A stretch of DNA of 64,000 nt, taken from NCBI GenBank assembly GCA_964604155.1, contig CAZRXY010000105.1:3123-67122 (forward strand), read 5' to 3'. The stretch comes from an uncultured Candidatus Cloacimonadota bacterium. GTDB taxonomy: Bacteria; Cloacimonadota; Cloacimonadia; Cloacimonadales; TCS61. Each line of letters opens with the position of its first letter. Position 1 is the first letter of the stretch. The position numbers were made by a program, and so were the translations under genes. Below, one piece after another: positions 36,363 through 46,058 of the stretch. Below the pieces are notes generated by a model. It had not been told where the DNA came from. It did no database searches and saw only the letters and a program-made list of their open reading frames with translations.

Positions 36363-37642
36363 ATCTTACTCTCAAAAATTTGAACAAGCTGTCCGGTTTG
36401 ATTTTTGCGGGAATAATAATCAACCTTGCTATTTCCATAACTCGGCAGGCTGTCAGTTTGCCAAAGTCGAAAAATATCTTCAATCAGTTTTTGACATGGT
36501 TCATCGAAGGTAAAGAAAGAGCCAGTCTCTGTTTGGGTAAGGATTTCAGCAATTTCGTTTCCGGGTGCTGCATAAGCGATGATGTGATTTCCGGTTTTTA
36601 TATACTCAAACAGCTTCGCGGTGAGGACGCCTTTACTATTGGGTGTATTTGTGGAAAAAACCAGCAGCAGATCGGCATTGATTATTTTCTTTATTACCAG
36701 ACTGTGATCGATATAGCCTGGCATATAATAACAATGGGCTGCTTTGCTTCGGGCGATATATTCTTTAATTTCGCTGTGAACATTTCCATACAAATGAATT
36801 TCCAAAGAGCATAGTATTGAATCGGGCAAGTTGTCAATAGAATCGAAAAAAGCAGTAGCAAATTGAGCAGTTCTGATATTGCCAGTATGGCAAATAGTAA
36901 ATTTTTTATTTTTTACTTTTGTGATATTACAAAAATCATCTGCATCGAAGCCATTATAAATCACCTGAACAGGAGAATTTGTAATCTGGGAAAATATATC
37001 TTTTAGACCTTTACTTACCGTGGTAATGCAGCGAGCCTGGTTCAGAGTTAATTTTTCAATTTTTTTATCAATCAGCCAGCTCAGGGTATTCCGAGGTAGA
37101 TTTTTGAGCCAGAACGCTTCCGTCCAGGGGTCTCTGAGATCGGAAATTAGCGGGATATTGCCTTTTTTACTGATTAGGGCGGCTCCAATCTGAAGTGAGT
37201 GAGGTGGAGAGCTGCTAAAGATGAGATCAGGCTTTTGGGTTTTGATAATTTTATTACCTTTATAAATAAGAAAAGGCAGCCAGCCCAGCCGCGCATCAGG
37301 GATAAAAAGATTCGCCCGGCACCACTTGAAAAATTTATGTGAGAATTTATCTCTCTTGCCCTTGCTAAGTTCAAGAGTATTTATTCCGCTTTTTAGTTTT
37401 TTGCCTTTGAGGATATTATAAAAAGCAAAAGGGTGTAAACTATATGACTTATAGATTTTTATAGCCGTGGGCACTTCTGCAAGCAGAGTTTGATCAAGAG
37501 CAGGAAAATTTCCGTTATTGACCGTTAAGATGATGGGTTGCCAGCCAAATTGCAGTAAGAATTTGCAGAATTTTAGTGTTCTTTGCACGCCGGGACCGCC
37601 GGCGGGGGGCCAATAGTATGTGATAATAAGAACTTTAGGCAT
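36359..37642 (-). CDS. Family 4 glycosyltransferase
   Basis: Probable start at ATG 37640-37642 (MPKVLIITYYWPPAGGPGVQR), which overlaps the upstream stop by 8 nt. The track start at 37690 is probably an over-extension. Confidence 0.75.
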   Translation of the reverse strand: MPKVLIITYYWPPAGGPGVQRTLKFCKFLLQFGWQPIILTVNNGNFPALDQTLLAEVPTAIKIYKSYSLHPFAFYNILKGKKLKSGINTLELSKGKRDKFSHKFFKWCRANLFIPDARLGWLPFLIYKGNKIIKTQKPDLIFSSSPPHSLQIGAALISKKGNIPLISDLRDPWTEAFWLKNLPRNTLSWLIDKKIEKLTLNQARCITTVSKGLKDIFSQITNSPVQVIYNGFDADDFCNITKVKNKKFTICHTGNIRTAQFATAFFDSIDNLPDSILCSLEIHLYGNVHSEIKEYIARSKAAHCYYMPGYIDHSLVIKKIINADLLLVFSTNTPNSKGVLTAKLFEYIKTGNHIIAYAAPGNEIAEILTQTETGSFFTFDEPCQKLIEDIFRLWQTDSLPSYGNSKVDYYSRKNQTGQLVQIFESKI

Positions 37643-38198
37643 TCTCTTTATGGGGATTATTATTTTGTATCTCTTCTTTTTCCGGGGCAATAACGATACT
37701 ATTCATGAATTCATCCAAGGCAATTTGAGGTGTCATTTCAATGATGGCATTCAGGATTTCGAGCATTTTGGGAAATGCAAGAGTGAGTTCATGGGTTTTT
37801 GTATTTCCGTTATGGTCTTTGTATTTAATATCCAGGATGCGTTGTCTTGCGTTTCTGAGCTTGATAGAGATAAAATCTGTCCAATTAATGATCACAGTTT
37901 TTTTCATAAGATAATGAAATTCCAGATAGTTTTCTTTGAAACGCAGCCTGTTAAGAGTGAAGAGATTTCTCAAAAGTGAGTTAAGTGCGAAAAAGATAAT
38001 CAGGAATGGGACTAGTTTTGTGAAAGTGGAAGAATCGGCATTAATTTTTGTGAAAATAAGTCTAAGGGCATAAGCGATGGCAAACACAGAGAAGAAAACG
38101 GTGAACCAGCGGATAATGGGGCTGAACCAGTAGGAACGGGGAAATCCTTTTTTGGCATTGATATTTTGATATTCTTCATAATTATTCTGGTGAGGCAT
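37635..38198 (-). CDS. Small membrane protein (two TM helices plus a PH-like soluble domain), function unknown
   Basis: Hydrophobic segments WFTVFFSVFAIAYALRLIF and LVPFLIIFFALNSLL. Embedded in the operon. Confidence 0.6.
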   Translation of the reverse strand: MPHQNNYEEYQNINAKKGFPRSYWFSPIIRWFTVFFSVFAIAYALRLIFTKINADSSTFTKLVPFLIIFFALNSLLRNLFTLNRLRFKENYLEFHYLMKKTVIINWTDFISIKLRNARQRILDIKYKDHNGNTKTHELTLAFPKMLEILNAIIEMTPQIALDEFMNSIVIAPEKEEIQNNNPHKENA

Positions 38199-38201
38199 AA
38201 T

Positions 38202-39017
38202 TTAGAGATACTCCTTAAGCTCCTGTCGGACAGATTCGGGGGCACTATAGAAACCAAAGAAATTGAGATCGGAGTCATATCCATGAAAATCACTGCCGCC
38301 GGTTTTGATAAGTCCATTATCATCCGCCATTTTTTTGTAACGCTCGGTCTCATCATCAGTATGCCTGCTGTAAAAGACTTCCAGCCCCTGCACACCGTTT
38401 TTGATAATCTGCCTAACCAGGTCATCATCACGATAGACATAAGGGTGGGCAAGCACGGATACACCTCCGGCACGTTTTATGGCTTCTATCACTGTTTCGG
38501 AATCGGGGGCAGGTTTGGCAATATAACAGCTTTTACCCTCGCCGATATACTTATCGAAAACTTCTTTGGTATCGCGGCAGTGCCCGGCATCTATAAGAGC
38601 ACGAGCAATATGAGGTCTGCCTACAAGGTTCAATTTCCCAGTGAGATTGATAACACCATGGAAATCTATCTTTAGCCCTTGTTTTGCCAGCAATTTCACA
38701 ATTTTTTTTGCCCGGATAAGCCGGCCCTTTTCAATGTTATGTAAAAAAGCTCGAAATGCTTTATCATGAATATCAAAACCGTAAGCAAGAATATGGACAT
38801 CCCGATCCCAGCACAAAGAGCTGATCTCTACTCCGGGTAGAACCTGAATATCATAGTGAGGGGCAATTTTGATAGCTTCCAAACTTCCCTCAATAGTATC
38901 GTGGTCTGTAATGGAGATAAGCTGGTAATTGTACTGCTGCAGGATTTCCAGTAATTCCCGAGGTGAAAATACTCCGTCAGAGTAGCTGGTATGTAGATGC
39001 AGATCAAGCTTATCCAT
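38202..39017 (-). CDS. PHP-domain phosphoesterase (TrpH/YciV-like)
   Basis: DLHLHTSYSDG...ITDHDT...LAHP...GGSDFHG. Confidence 0.85.
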   Translation of the reverse strand: MDKLDLHLHTSYSDGVFSPRELLEILQQYNYQLISITDHDTIEGSLEAIKIAPHYDIQVLPGVEISSLCWDRDVHILAYGFDIHDKAFRAFLHNIEKGRLIRAKKIVKLLAKQGLKIDFHGVINLTGKLNLVGRPHIARALIDAGHCRDTKEVFDKYIGEGKSCYIAKPAPDSETVIEAIKRAGGVSVLAHPYVYRDDDLVRQIIKNGVQGLEVFYSRHTDDETERYKKMADDNGLIKTGGSDFHGYDSDLNFFGFYSAPESVRQELKEYL

Positions 39018-39158
39018 TTATCTTACCTCTGTTATTATTCTTTATATAAAACTAAAGAACCTTTTTAAAAAACATTCCGCTGGTGTAAAGTAAAAGCTTT
39101 TAAGAGCGGACTTTTTGCTGACAGCAGGGAGGCTTTTGCAGCTATGAGCAAGGTTTTT

Positions 39159-39201
39159 TATCCATGGGGTATGCCAGGGTGAGTTAACAAACTTATTGAC
39201 A
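39159..39201 (+). promoter_or_regulatory. Conserved motif ...ATGGGGTATGCCAGG (39164-39178) followed 17 nt later by TTGACA (39196-39201)
   Basis: Fourth copy of the GGGG(T/A)ATGCCAG motif, here in + orientation upstream of a + strand operon. Confidence 0.4.
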
Positions 39202-39299
39202 TAATAATGGGATAGATTAAGTATCTGTTCTGAGGGTTAGTATTGATAATATGTAAGCCAGGCGGAATTGGTTGGGGTCAAGCTTAGTGGAGGTGATAA

Positions 39300-39722
39300 T
39301 TGGGAACTCATCAGATAATGCTGGTGATATTAAGCGTAGTATTAATGGGGATTGCAATAGCTTTTGGGTTATTTATGTTCCGGATGCATGCAGTTAATAC
39401 AAATCGTCAGCTTATGATCAATGACATGAATTTTCTGGGAGCAGAAGCTTTGAGATTTTGGCGGACTCCTCGGAGCATGGGTGGCGGGGCACCTGATATA
39501 ACCAGTAACGATCAGGAGAGGCTGGAATTTTTTTTACATTGGAGCGGCTCAACCAACCGAACTGCTTCGGGCACATATTCAATACTGGCAAACGATGACG
39601 GGACTCTGGATATTATTGGCATAGGCACAGAATTAGGGCGTGACAGCACGAATCCTGTACGGGCAATAATGACCGTAAATCCTGGTGCAGATCCCTCAAT
39701 GGTCACAACAATTGAAAACTGA
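39300..39722 (+). CDS. Membrane-anchored hypothetical protein (N-terminal TM helix)
   Basis: TTG start 5 nt after GGAGGTG. IMLVILSVVLMGIAIAFGLFMF helix. No recognisable catalytic motif, and no prepilin G/FTLIE cleavage box. Confidence 0.55.
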   Translation: MGTHQIMLVILSVVLMGIAIAFGLFMFRMHAVNTNRQLMINDMNFLGAEALRFWRTPRSMGGGAPDITSNDQERLEFFLHWSGSTNRTASGTYSILANDDGTLDIIGIGTELGRDSTNPVRAIMTVNPGADPSMVTTIEN

Positions 39723-39789
39723 CCGAATAACTAATTAAAAATTGTTTTTTTGAGAATCAGCCTTATTTTTGTTCTATAAAGAAGGTTAA

Positions 39790-42321
39790 GTGATGAATAA
39801 GGGTCAAATTTTTTTAGTGTTATTTTTGATGACATGTAGGATAATTTTTTCAGCCGGTGACAGACTTCACCTGAAAGTTGGTGTTTACCAGAACGCCCCC
39901 AAGATATATGCAGGAGAAGACGGAAAGGTGTCCGGATTTTGGGCGGAACTTGTGGAATATATAGCAAAAGAAGAAAATTGGGATATACAATGGGTAGAGG
40001 GTAATTGGGAGCAATGCCTGCAAAATCTGGAAAAGAGCAAGATAGATATCATGGTGGATGTAGCATATACTCCGGAAAGAGAAAAGAAATATACTTTCCA
40101 GAGTGAGACTACTCTGCTGAGTTGGTCAAGATTATATGCCAGACGAGGGACAAAGCTGCAGACAATATTTGATTTAGAAGGCAAAAAGGTAGCGGGTTTA
40201 AGGGGCAGTTACAATTTAGAGGGGACTGAAGGATTTACAGAGATGCTCCGCAAATTCTACATAGATTGCGAGATCATCCTGCTATCGGACTATAAATCGG
40301 TGTTTGAAGCTTTGGATTCTGGTGAGGTGTATGCCGGCATTACTAATAAGGATTTTGGCTCAAGATATGAAGATTCATACGAGATAGAAAGGACTCCCAT
40401 AGTGTTCCAGCCTGCCAGACTGCTTTTTGCCTTCAATAAAGAATCTGATCTTACTCCATACTTGATCAAAGTTATAGATAAACATATTTCGAATTTAAAG
40501 GATGATAAGAACTCGATGTATTACAGTTCTCTTGATAAACTTCCGGGAAATGTGAAAAAAGTAACAGCTTTTCCTCTTTGGATTAAGCTATTAATACTGA
40601 TAATTCTTTTTATAGCGGCAATATTTTTGGTCTTTATCAGGATACTAAAATATGAAGTAAATCAGAAGACAAGTGAATTGCGTTTATCCATAAGCAAATT
40701 AAAAATTGCTGAAGATAATTTAACGAAATACCGGGATCAATTGGAGATGCTGGTAGCAGAACGAACAGAAGAGCTGCAAAAAGTGAATTCGGAATTAGAG
40801 AAGGCAAATTCATCATTAGAAGAAGCCAGCCGGCTAAAAAGCCAGTTTCTGGCAAATATGAGCCATGAATTACGATCACCACTAAATTCAATTATCGGTT
40901 TCACCGGAATAATGATCCAGGGATTATCAGGAGAATTGAACTCAGAGCAGACGAAACAAATGAAAATGGTTTACGAGAGTGCGCATCATCTTCTGGGATT
41001 GATCAATGATATTCTCGATTTATCCAAAATTGAAGCAGGCAGGATCAAGATTTTCTATGAAGAATTAGAACTTATCCCCCTGATAGATATGGTTCATAAA
41101 ATGATCTATCCCATGGCAGAAGAAAAGGGACTGCCGATAAATAAAACAGTAGCCGAAAACGTCCCAAAGACCATTTTCAGTGACCGAAACAGGATAAAGC
41201 AGGTATTGATTAATCTGTTATCAAACTCCATCAAATTTACTGAGAATGGGGCAATTACAATCTCCTGTAAGCTATGTGAGACAGGTGAGACTGTGGAATT
41301 TTCCGTGATAGACAGCGGCATAGGGATCAAGGAAGAGGAGCAGAAAACAATCTTTGAAGAATTCACTCAGATAGAGACAATCAAGCGGACAAAGCCCGAA
41401 GGTACCGGATTAGGGCTGGCAATTTCACAAAAACTTGTACAAATGATGGGTGGCAGAATGTGGGTGGAAAGCAGATACGGTGAAGGCAGCACTTTTTCTT
41501 TTACAATCCCGCTGTCTCCCGATACAAAGGAGAGCAATTTCCGGCAGGAAAGCGAGTTCTGCAGAGACACCGGTAAAAAATTGATCTTAACAATAGACGA
41601 TGAAGAGACGGCTCAGGAGATATTGAAGAAATATCTCACCAGTGCCGGTTATCAGGTAATACAAGCATATAACTATGGTGATGCCTTAAAAAAAGCATCT
41701 GAGCACCAACCTTTTGCCATCACATTAGATATGGTGATGCCGGGCAAAGACGGCTGGGAAATACTGGAACAGCTCAAAAATGATGAATTAACAAAAGAAA
41801 TACCTGTAATCTGCATATCCACACTGGATAATCGTGAGCTGGGAATCTCGCTTGGAGCAGTGGAATATCTGGTTAAACCAATAGATTCGAGAGTGCTAAT
41901 GACCGAACTGGAAAGGCTCGAGAAAGAATTCCAAATCAATAAAATTCTTATTATAGATGATAATCCAAATGATATCGATCTTTTAATAAAATATCTAAGC
42001 AGCCACAGGACATATAAAATACTTGTAGCAACCTGCGGCAAGGAGGGTTTGGAAAAAATTAAAAAAGAGAAGCCAGATCTGATAATACTTGACTTGTTAA
42101 TGCCGGAAATTGATGGTTTTCAGGTAATTAGGATATTTAAAAAGGATCCCGAGGTAAAAGATATCCCGACAATAATAATTTCAGCAAAGAAACTGGATGC
42201 AAAAGAGAAGCTTTTTCTGGAAAGCAATATAGAAGGTTATATCCATAAGGGTAAATTTGAGAAAGAAGTGCTACTTAGTGACATTACGCACCTGATCGAA
42301 AAAATAGAAAGCAGTAAATGA
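39790..42321 (+). CDS. Hybrid sensor histidine kinase: periplasmic solute-binding (SBP_bac_3-like) domain, TM, coiled coil, HisKA, HATPase, two receiver domains
   Basis: SHELRSPLNSIIGF H-box, NLLSNSIKFT N-box, DSGIGI and GTGLGLAI boxes, then two receiver domains with DxxMPxxDG. GTG at 39790, or ATG at 39793. Confidence 0.9.
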   Translation: MMNKGQIFLVLFLMTCRIIFSAGDRLHLKVGVYQNAPKIYAGEDGKVSGFWAELVEYIAKEENWDIQWVEGNWEQCLQNLEKSKIDIMVDVAYTPEREKKYTFQSETTLLSWSRLYARRGTKLQTIFDLEGKKVAGLRGSYNLEGTEGFTEMLRKFYIDCEIILLSDYKSVFEALDSGEVYAGITNKDFGSRYEDSYEIERTPIVFQPARLLFAFNKESDLTPYLIKVIDKHISNLKDDKNSMYYSSLDKLPGNVKKVTAFPLWIKLLILIILFIAAIFLVFIRILKYEVNQKTSELRLSISKLKIAEDNLTKYRDQLEMLVAERTEELQKVNSELEKANSSLEEASRLKSQFLANMSHELRSPLNSIIGFTGIMIQGLSGELNSEQTKQMKMVYESAHHLLGLINDILDLSKIEAGRIKIFYEELELIPLIDMVHKMIYPMAEEKGLPINKTVAENVPKTIFSDRNRIKQVLINLLSNSIKFTENGAITISCKLCETGETVEFSVIDSGIGIKEEEQKTIFEEFTQIETIKRTKPEGTGLGLAISQKLVQMMGGRMWVESRYGEGSTFSFTIPLSPDTKESNFRQESEFCRDTGKKLILTIDDEETAQEILKKYLTSAGYQVIQAYNYGDALKKASEHQPFAITLDMVMPGKDGWEILEQLKNDELTKEIPVICISTLDNRELGISLGAVEYLVKPIDSRVLMTELERLEKEFQINKILIIDDNPNDIDLLIKYLSSHRTYKILVATCGKEGLEKIKKEKPDLIILDLLMPEIDGFQVIRIFKKDPEVKDIPTIIISAKKLDAKEKLFLESNIEGYIHKGKFEKEVLLSDITHLIEKIESSK

Positions 42322-42328
42322 GAGAATT

Positions 42329-42733
42329 ATGAATCAGAAAATATTAATTGTAGAAGATAATGAAAAGAACCTCTATCTGGCAAAATTCATGCTGCAGAGG
42401 GCAGGATATGAGGTAATCGAGGCAACTAATGGAAAAGAAGGTTATGCCAGGGCAATAGCGGAATCACCGGATTTGATTCTGATGGATATGCAATTGCCTG
42501 TAATGAACGGCTTTGAGGCAACGGCATTAATAAAATCAGATGAAAAGTCCAAAATGATACCTGTGATCGCTCTCACTGCTTTTGCCATGAAAGGAGATCG
42601 TGAAAAAACCCTAGCAGCCGGTTGTGATGAATATCTGGAGAAGCCGATAGACCCAGAGAATTTTGTATTCAAGATTGGAGAATTCTTTAAAAAGTTTTAT
42701 CCGGAGGATAAAGATGAAAATCTTAGTAGTTGA
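42329..42733 (+). CDS. Single-domain (CheY-like) response regulator
   Basis: ILIVEDNEKN...DLILMDMQLPVMNG...ALTAFAMKGD. Confidence 0.9.
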   Translation: MNQKILIVEDNEKNLYLAKFMLQRAGYEVIEATNGKEGYARAIAESPDLILMDMQLPVMNGFEATALIKSDEKSKMIPVIALTAFAMKGDREKTLAAGCDEYLEKPIDPENFVFKIGEFFKKFYPEDKDENLSS

Positions 42734-44087
42734 TGACAAGCAAGATAATTTATATTATCTGGAAACTCTGCTGGAGGCACAAGGGCATCAGATATCTACC
42801 GCAGAAAATGGACTTGAGGCACTAAATCAGCTCAGGGCGGCAAAATTTGATCTTATTATCTCAGATATTCTAATGCCTGAGATGGATGGTTACCAGTTAT
42901 GCATGGAATGCAAAAAAGACAAGCTGCTAAAGGACGTCCCTTTTGTGTTTTACACAGCCACCTATACGGAAGCCAAAGACGAAGAATTTGCTTTGCACCT
43001 TGGGGCGGATAAATTTATCAGGAAACCCTTAGAACCAGATAAATTTATCGAATATATTACCGAAATCATTAACACCTCAAAAGCAGGGAAAAAGAGACTT
43101 AAGAGAGCTGTTTTAAAGCCTAAGACAGAGGTTTTTAAGATGTACAGCCAGCGGCTGGTAAAAAAGCTGGAACACAAGATGTTCGAAAAAGAAATGGCAG
43201 AGAAAAAATATCATGCTCTCTGCAATATTGTGCCGGATTTTATTTTTTCGCTTGATAGTGAGGGCCGATTTGATACCTTTAACCGAGGTATAGAATTATT
43301 TGGTTATGAGCAAAATGAAATAAAAGGTAATCATCTGGCAGATTTTCTCACTCCTCAGGGTAAGTCAATAATCCAAAACTATTTGAAGGAAACTAGAGAA
43401 TTTAAGAAAGTAAAACAAATTGAGCTTGAGCAAAAATTACTCAAGAAGGATAATTCATGGGCAGATATTGAATTGGGCTTAACTTCATTTATCGACGAGA
43501 ATGGAGAGTTTACCATTTTTGGTGCCATTAAGGATATAACAAAAACCAGATTACGGGAAAAAGAGTATAAGCAATTGCTGGATGGGATGAATGATACAGT
43601 TTTTGTGATAGGATTTGACGGCAAGTTTTTAGAAGTTAATAAATCTGCTGTCAATAAATTAGGCTATCGTCGGAGCGAACTATTAGATATGGGGCCTGCC
43701 GATATAGACACTCAACTGGAATCTAGTGATATTGATAAATTAATAAGCGGTATGAAATCTGACAAAATGCAGGTTTTTGAGACGAAACACCAAAAAAAAG
43801 ATGGCACAATCTTCCCGGTTGAAATAAGTTCCAGCCATGTTACCTATCAAGGCAAGGAAGCTGTTTTGAGCGTAGCACGAGATATCACACAGCGTTTTAA
43901 GGCGGAAGAAGAACTGCGGAAATATCGCCAGCATCTGGAAGAACTGGTGCAGGAACGCACCAAAGAACTGGAAAAAACGAATAAACAACTGCAGGAATTT
44001 AATCAGATTTTTGTGGGAAGGGAATTCAGAATAAAAGAGCTGCGGGACAGGGTAAAAGAGCTGGAAGAAGAGAAAAGAAATCTCTGA
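42714..44087 (+). CDS. Response-regulator receiver + two PAS domains + C-terminal coiled coil, with no recognisable output domain
   Basis: ATG at 42714 (GGAGGA RBS), MKILVVDDKQDN...DLIISDILMPEMDG. PAS-like segments follow. The protein ends in ...LEELVQERTKELEKTNKQLQEF...ELRDRVKELEEEKRNL. Confidence 0.85.
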   Translation: MKILVVDDKQDNLYYLETLLEAQGHQISTAENGLEALNQLRAAKFDLIISDILMPEMDGYQLCMECKKDKLLKDVPFVFYTATYTEAKDEEFALHLGADKFIRKPLEPDKFIEYITEIINTSKAGKKRLKRAVLKPKTEVFKMYSQRLVKKLEHKMFEKEMAEKKYHALCNIVPDFIFSLDSEGRFDTFNRGIELFGYEQNEIKGNHLADFLTPQGKSIIQNYLKETREFKKVKQIELEQKLLKKDNSWADIELGLTSFIDENGEFTIFGAIKDITKTRLREKEYKQLLDGMNDTVFVIGFDGKFLEVNKSAVNKLGYRRSELLDMGPADIDTQLESSDIDKLISGMKSDKMQVFETKHQKKDGTIFPVEISSSHVTYQGKEAVLSVARDITQRFKAEEELRKYRQHLEELVQERTKELEKTNKQLQEFNQIFVGREFRIKELRDRVKELEEEKRNL

Positions 44088-44164
44088 GCGATTTTATTCT
44101 AATCAGTATTCACTGCTATCCATAGCTGAAGATAAATCGCTCAGATCAATTTTTAAAAAACTGC

Positions 44165-44914
44165 TTATTGCAGGAGTTCAACGGGATATTTTCTTCGCAA
44201 CCGGTTTATTTGGGCAATATACTGTTCTCTCTGTTTAAGATTTTGTAGTTCTTTTTTTACGTCTTGCTCCACCTCTTTATAGGACGCTTTCAGGCTATCC
44301 GATTTGGAATTTAGTTTAATGAGGTGAAATCCGAATTGTGTTTTTACAGGCTGGCTGATTTCGTCTATCTCAAGCTGGAAGGCTGCATTATCATATTCGA
44401 GAACCATTTGACCTCTGGCGTAATTTCCCAGATTTCCCCCATTGTCTTTGGATGGGCAGCTTGAGTATCTTTTTGCAGCATTTTCAAATGATATTTCGTT
44501 TGCTGTGATCTTTTCACGCAGCTTTTGGCACAGCTCCAGGGAATCAACCAGAATGTGGCTTGTATCGGCAGATTCCGGTTTATCAAATTTTTCCTGATTA
44601 TCTTCAAAAAACTCCTCTACCTCTTTATCAGTAGGGATATCAGTGTGCATAGTGCGATTGATATTCAATTGTGTGAGGATAAATTCTCTGGCTTTTTGTA
44701 ATTCAGATTTATAGGCTTCGGTTTCATCAAGCTTATTATCGATAGCATCATAGAGAAATAATTTCTGATTAATCAATTCATTAACAATCTGCTTGCTGCC
44801 CTCTTGATTACGATATTGAGAGGCAATTTGTGGATCGAGTCTATTTAAAAAATTGTCCACATCCTCAAGTGTAATAGCGATTCCGTTCACTTTTGCTAAA
44901 ATCCTGCTTTCCAT
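44165..44914 (-). CDS. Parvulin-type peptidyl-prolyl isomerase (PrsA/SurA-like)
   Basis: TSHILV...CPSKDNGGNLG...GQMV..FD.A.F...ISQPVKTQFGFHLIKL. Confidence 0.85.
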   Translation of the reverse strand: MESRILAKVNGIAITLEDVDNFLNRLDPQIASQYRNQEGSKQIVNELINQKLFLYDAIDNKLDETEAYKSELQKAREFILTQLNINRTMHTDIPTDKEVEEFFEDNQEKFDKPESADTSHILVDSLELCQKLREKITANEISFENAAKRYSSCPSKDNGGNLGNYARGQMVLEYDNAAFQLEIDEISQPVKTQFGFHLIKLNSKSDSLKASYKEVEQDVKKELQNLKQREQYIAQINRLRRKYPVELLQ

Positions 44915-45083
44915 TCAAATCTCCTTTTTATATATTATGCCTCTTTTACAAAAAGGGGTATGAGTGTCAAATGCAATCCCCCTGAACCCCGCATAACCGG
45001 GGACAAAAGATTAATTTTACTTGCAATATTAGTGTAGTTGAAATACTTTGTCGGTAGTTACAACGGGTAAAAGGAGGAATAAA

Positions 45084-45887
45084 TTGAAAAAGTCTGCAAA
45101 ACAAAAGAGTCTTGAGAAAAAGTTACTCAATAAACTCACCGGTAAATCCAATAAATTAGCAACAATGATATTTGAGGATGTAGAGATACTCACTTTGCAG
45201 GATTATGCCAATACGGTATCTATCCACCGTTTGGGATTTAATGATCATGGACCGGTGCATATGCTTACTGCCACTCTGAACGCAATCACTATGCTTGATC
45301 TGCTGATTGATGCCGGGATAAAGCTCAATCTGGAGCAGGAAGGGCTGGGGACTATAGAAGACAGTCGTATTGCGGTGCTCTTTGCCACACTTTTGCATGA
45401 TATTGGGATGACAGTATCCCGAGACAGGCATGAATTTATGGGGGTAAGCCTGGCATTACCAATAATAGACCGGATATTGAAGCCGTTTTATCTTGAAAAT
45501 CCCTCCAGATTTGTTGTGCTGCGTTCGCTGATCATTGAGGGAATACTGGGGCACATGGCTACTCAGACTATACAATCACTGGAGGCGGGGCTGGTGCTTA
45601 TAGGAGATGGCTGCGATATGGAAAAGGGACGTGCCAGAATATCTTTGCAGCTTTCTGATGCTGCAAAACGCGGTGATATTCACAGATATTCATCGAGAGC
45701 AATAAAAAAAGTGACAATAAAAAAAGGCGAATTGAGGCCTGTCAAAATAGAGGTTGATATGACGGAATCGGTTGGGTTTTTTCAAATAGAAGAGGTCTTG
45801 TATCCCAAAATATTATCCAGTCCAGTAAAAAAATATATTGAACTAACTGCCGCCGTGATGGGCGAGGCAGTGAAGCAATACCTATGA
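45084..45887 (+). CDS. HD-domain metal-dependent phosphohydrolase
   Basis: HGPVHM...ATLLHDIGM. The likely start is TTG 45084, 7 nt after AGGAGG; the track start at 45048 is in the same frame. Confidence 0.7.
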   Translation: MKKSAKQKSLEKKLLNKLTGKSNKLATMIFEDVEILTLQDYANTVSIHRLGFNDHGPVHMLTATLNAITMLDLLIDAGIKLNLEQEGLGTIEDSRIAVLFATLLHDIGMTVSRDRHEFMGVSLALPIIDRILKPFYLENPSRFVVLRSLIIEGILGHMATQTIQSLEAGLVLIGDGCDMEKGRARISLQLSDAAKRGDIHRYSSRAIKKVTIKKGELRPVKIEVDMTESVGFFQIEEVLYPKILSSPVKKYIELTAAVMGEAVKQYL

Positions 45888-45971
45888 TTATTATTTATTT
45901 TTAGTAAATTGCCTCGCTTTTTTATTTTGGCTCAGAAACCGCATTGCTGCTTCCCACTCCCTTGATAATTT

Positions 45972-46013
45972 CACTCCAAACAACACATCAAAAAATGTTG
46001 TTTTGTTTGGAGT
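45972..46013. terminator. Hairpin between convergent genes (possible bidirectional terminator)
   Basis: CACTCCAAACAA...TTGTTTGGAGTG forms a 12-bp perfect stem with an A/T-rich centre. Confidence 0.55.
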
Positions 46014-46058
46014 GCAATATGGGTGTAGAATATTTGAGAGCTGGGCGAGTGATATAAA

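Noticed and set aside
38012-38675. ORFs 38012-38473 (-) and 38166-38675 (+), which overlap the PHP-domain gene.
   Set aside because: They are alternative frames of a gene with clear PHP motifs (HLHTSYSDG, GGSDFHG) and have no independent support.
44095-44153. Inverted repeat GAGCGATTT...AAATCGCTC between the convergent RR-PAS and PPIase genes, as a terminator.
   Set aside because: The stem is only 9 bp with a ~41-nt loop and no flanking U-tract. This is too weak to call.
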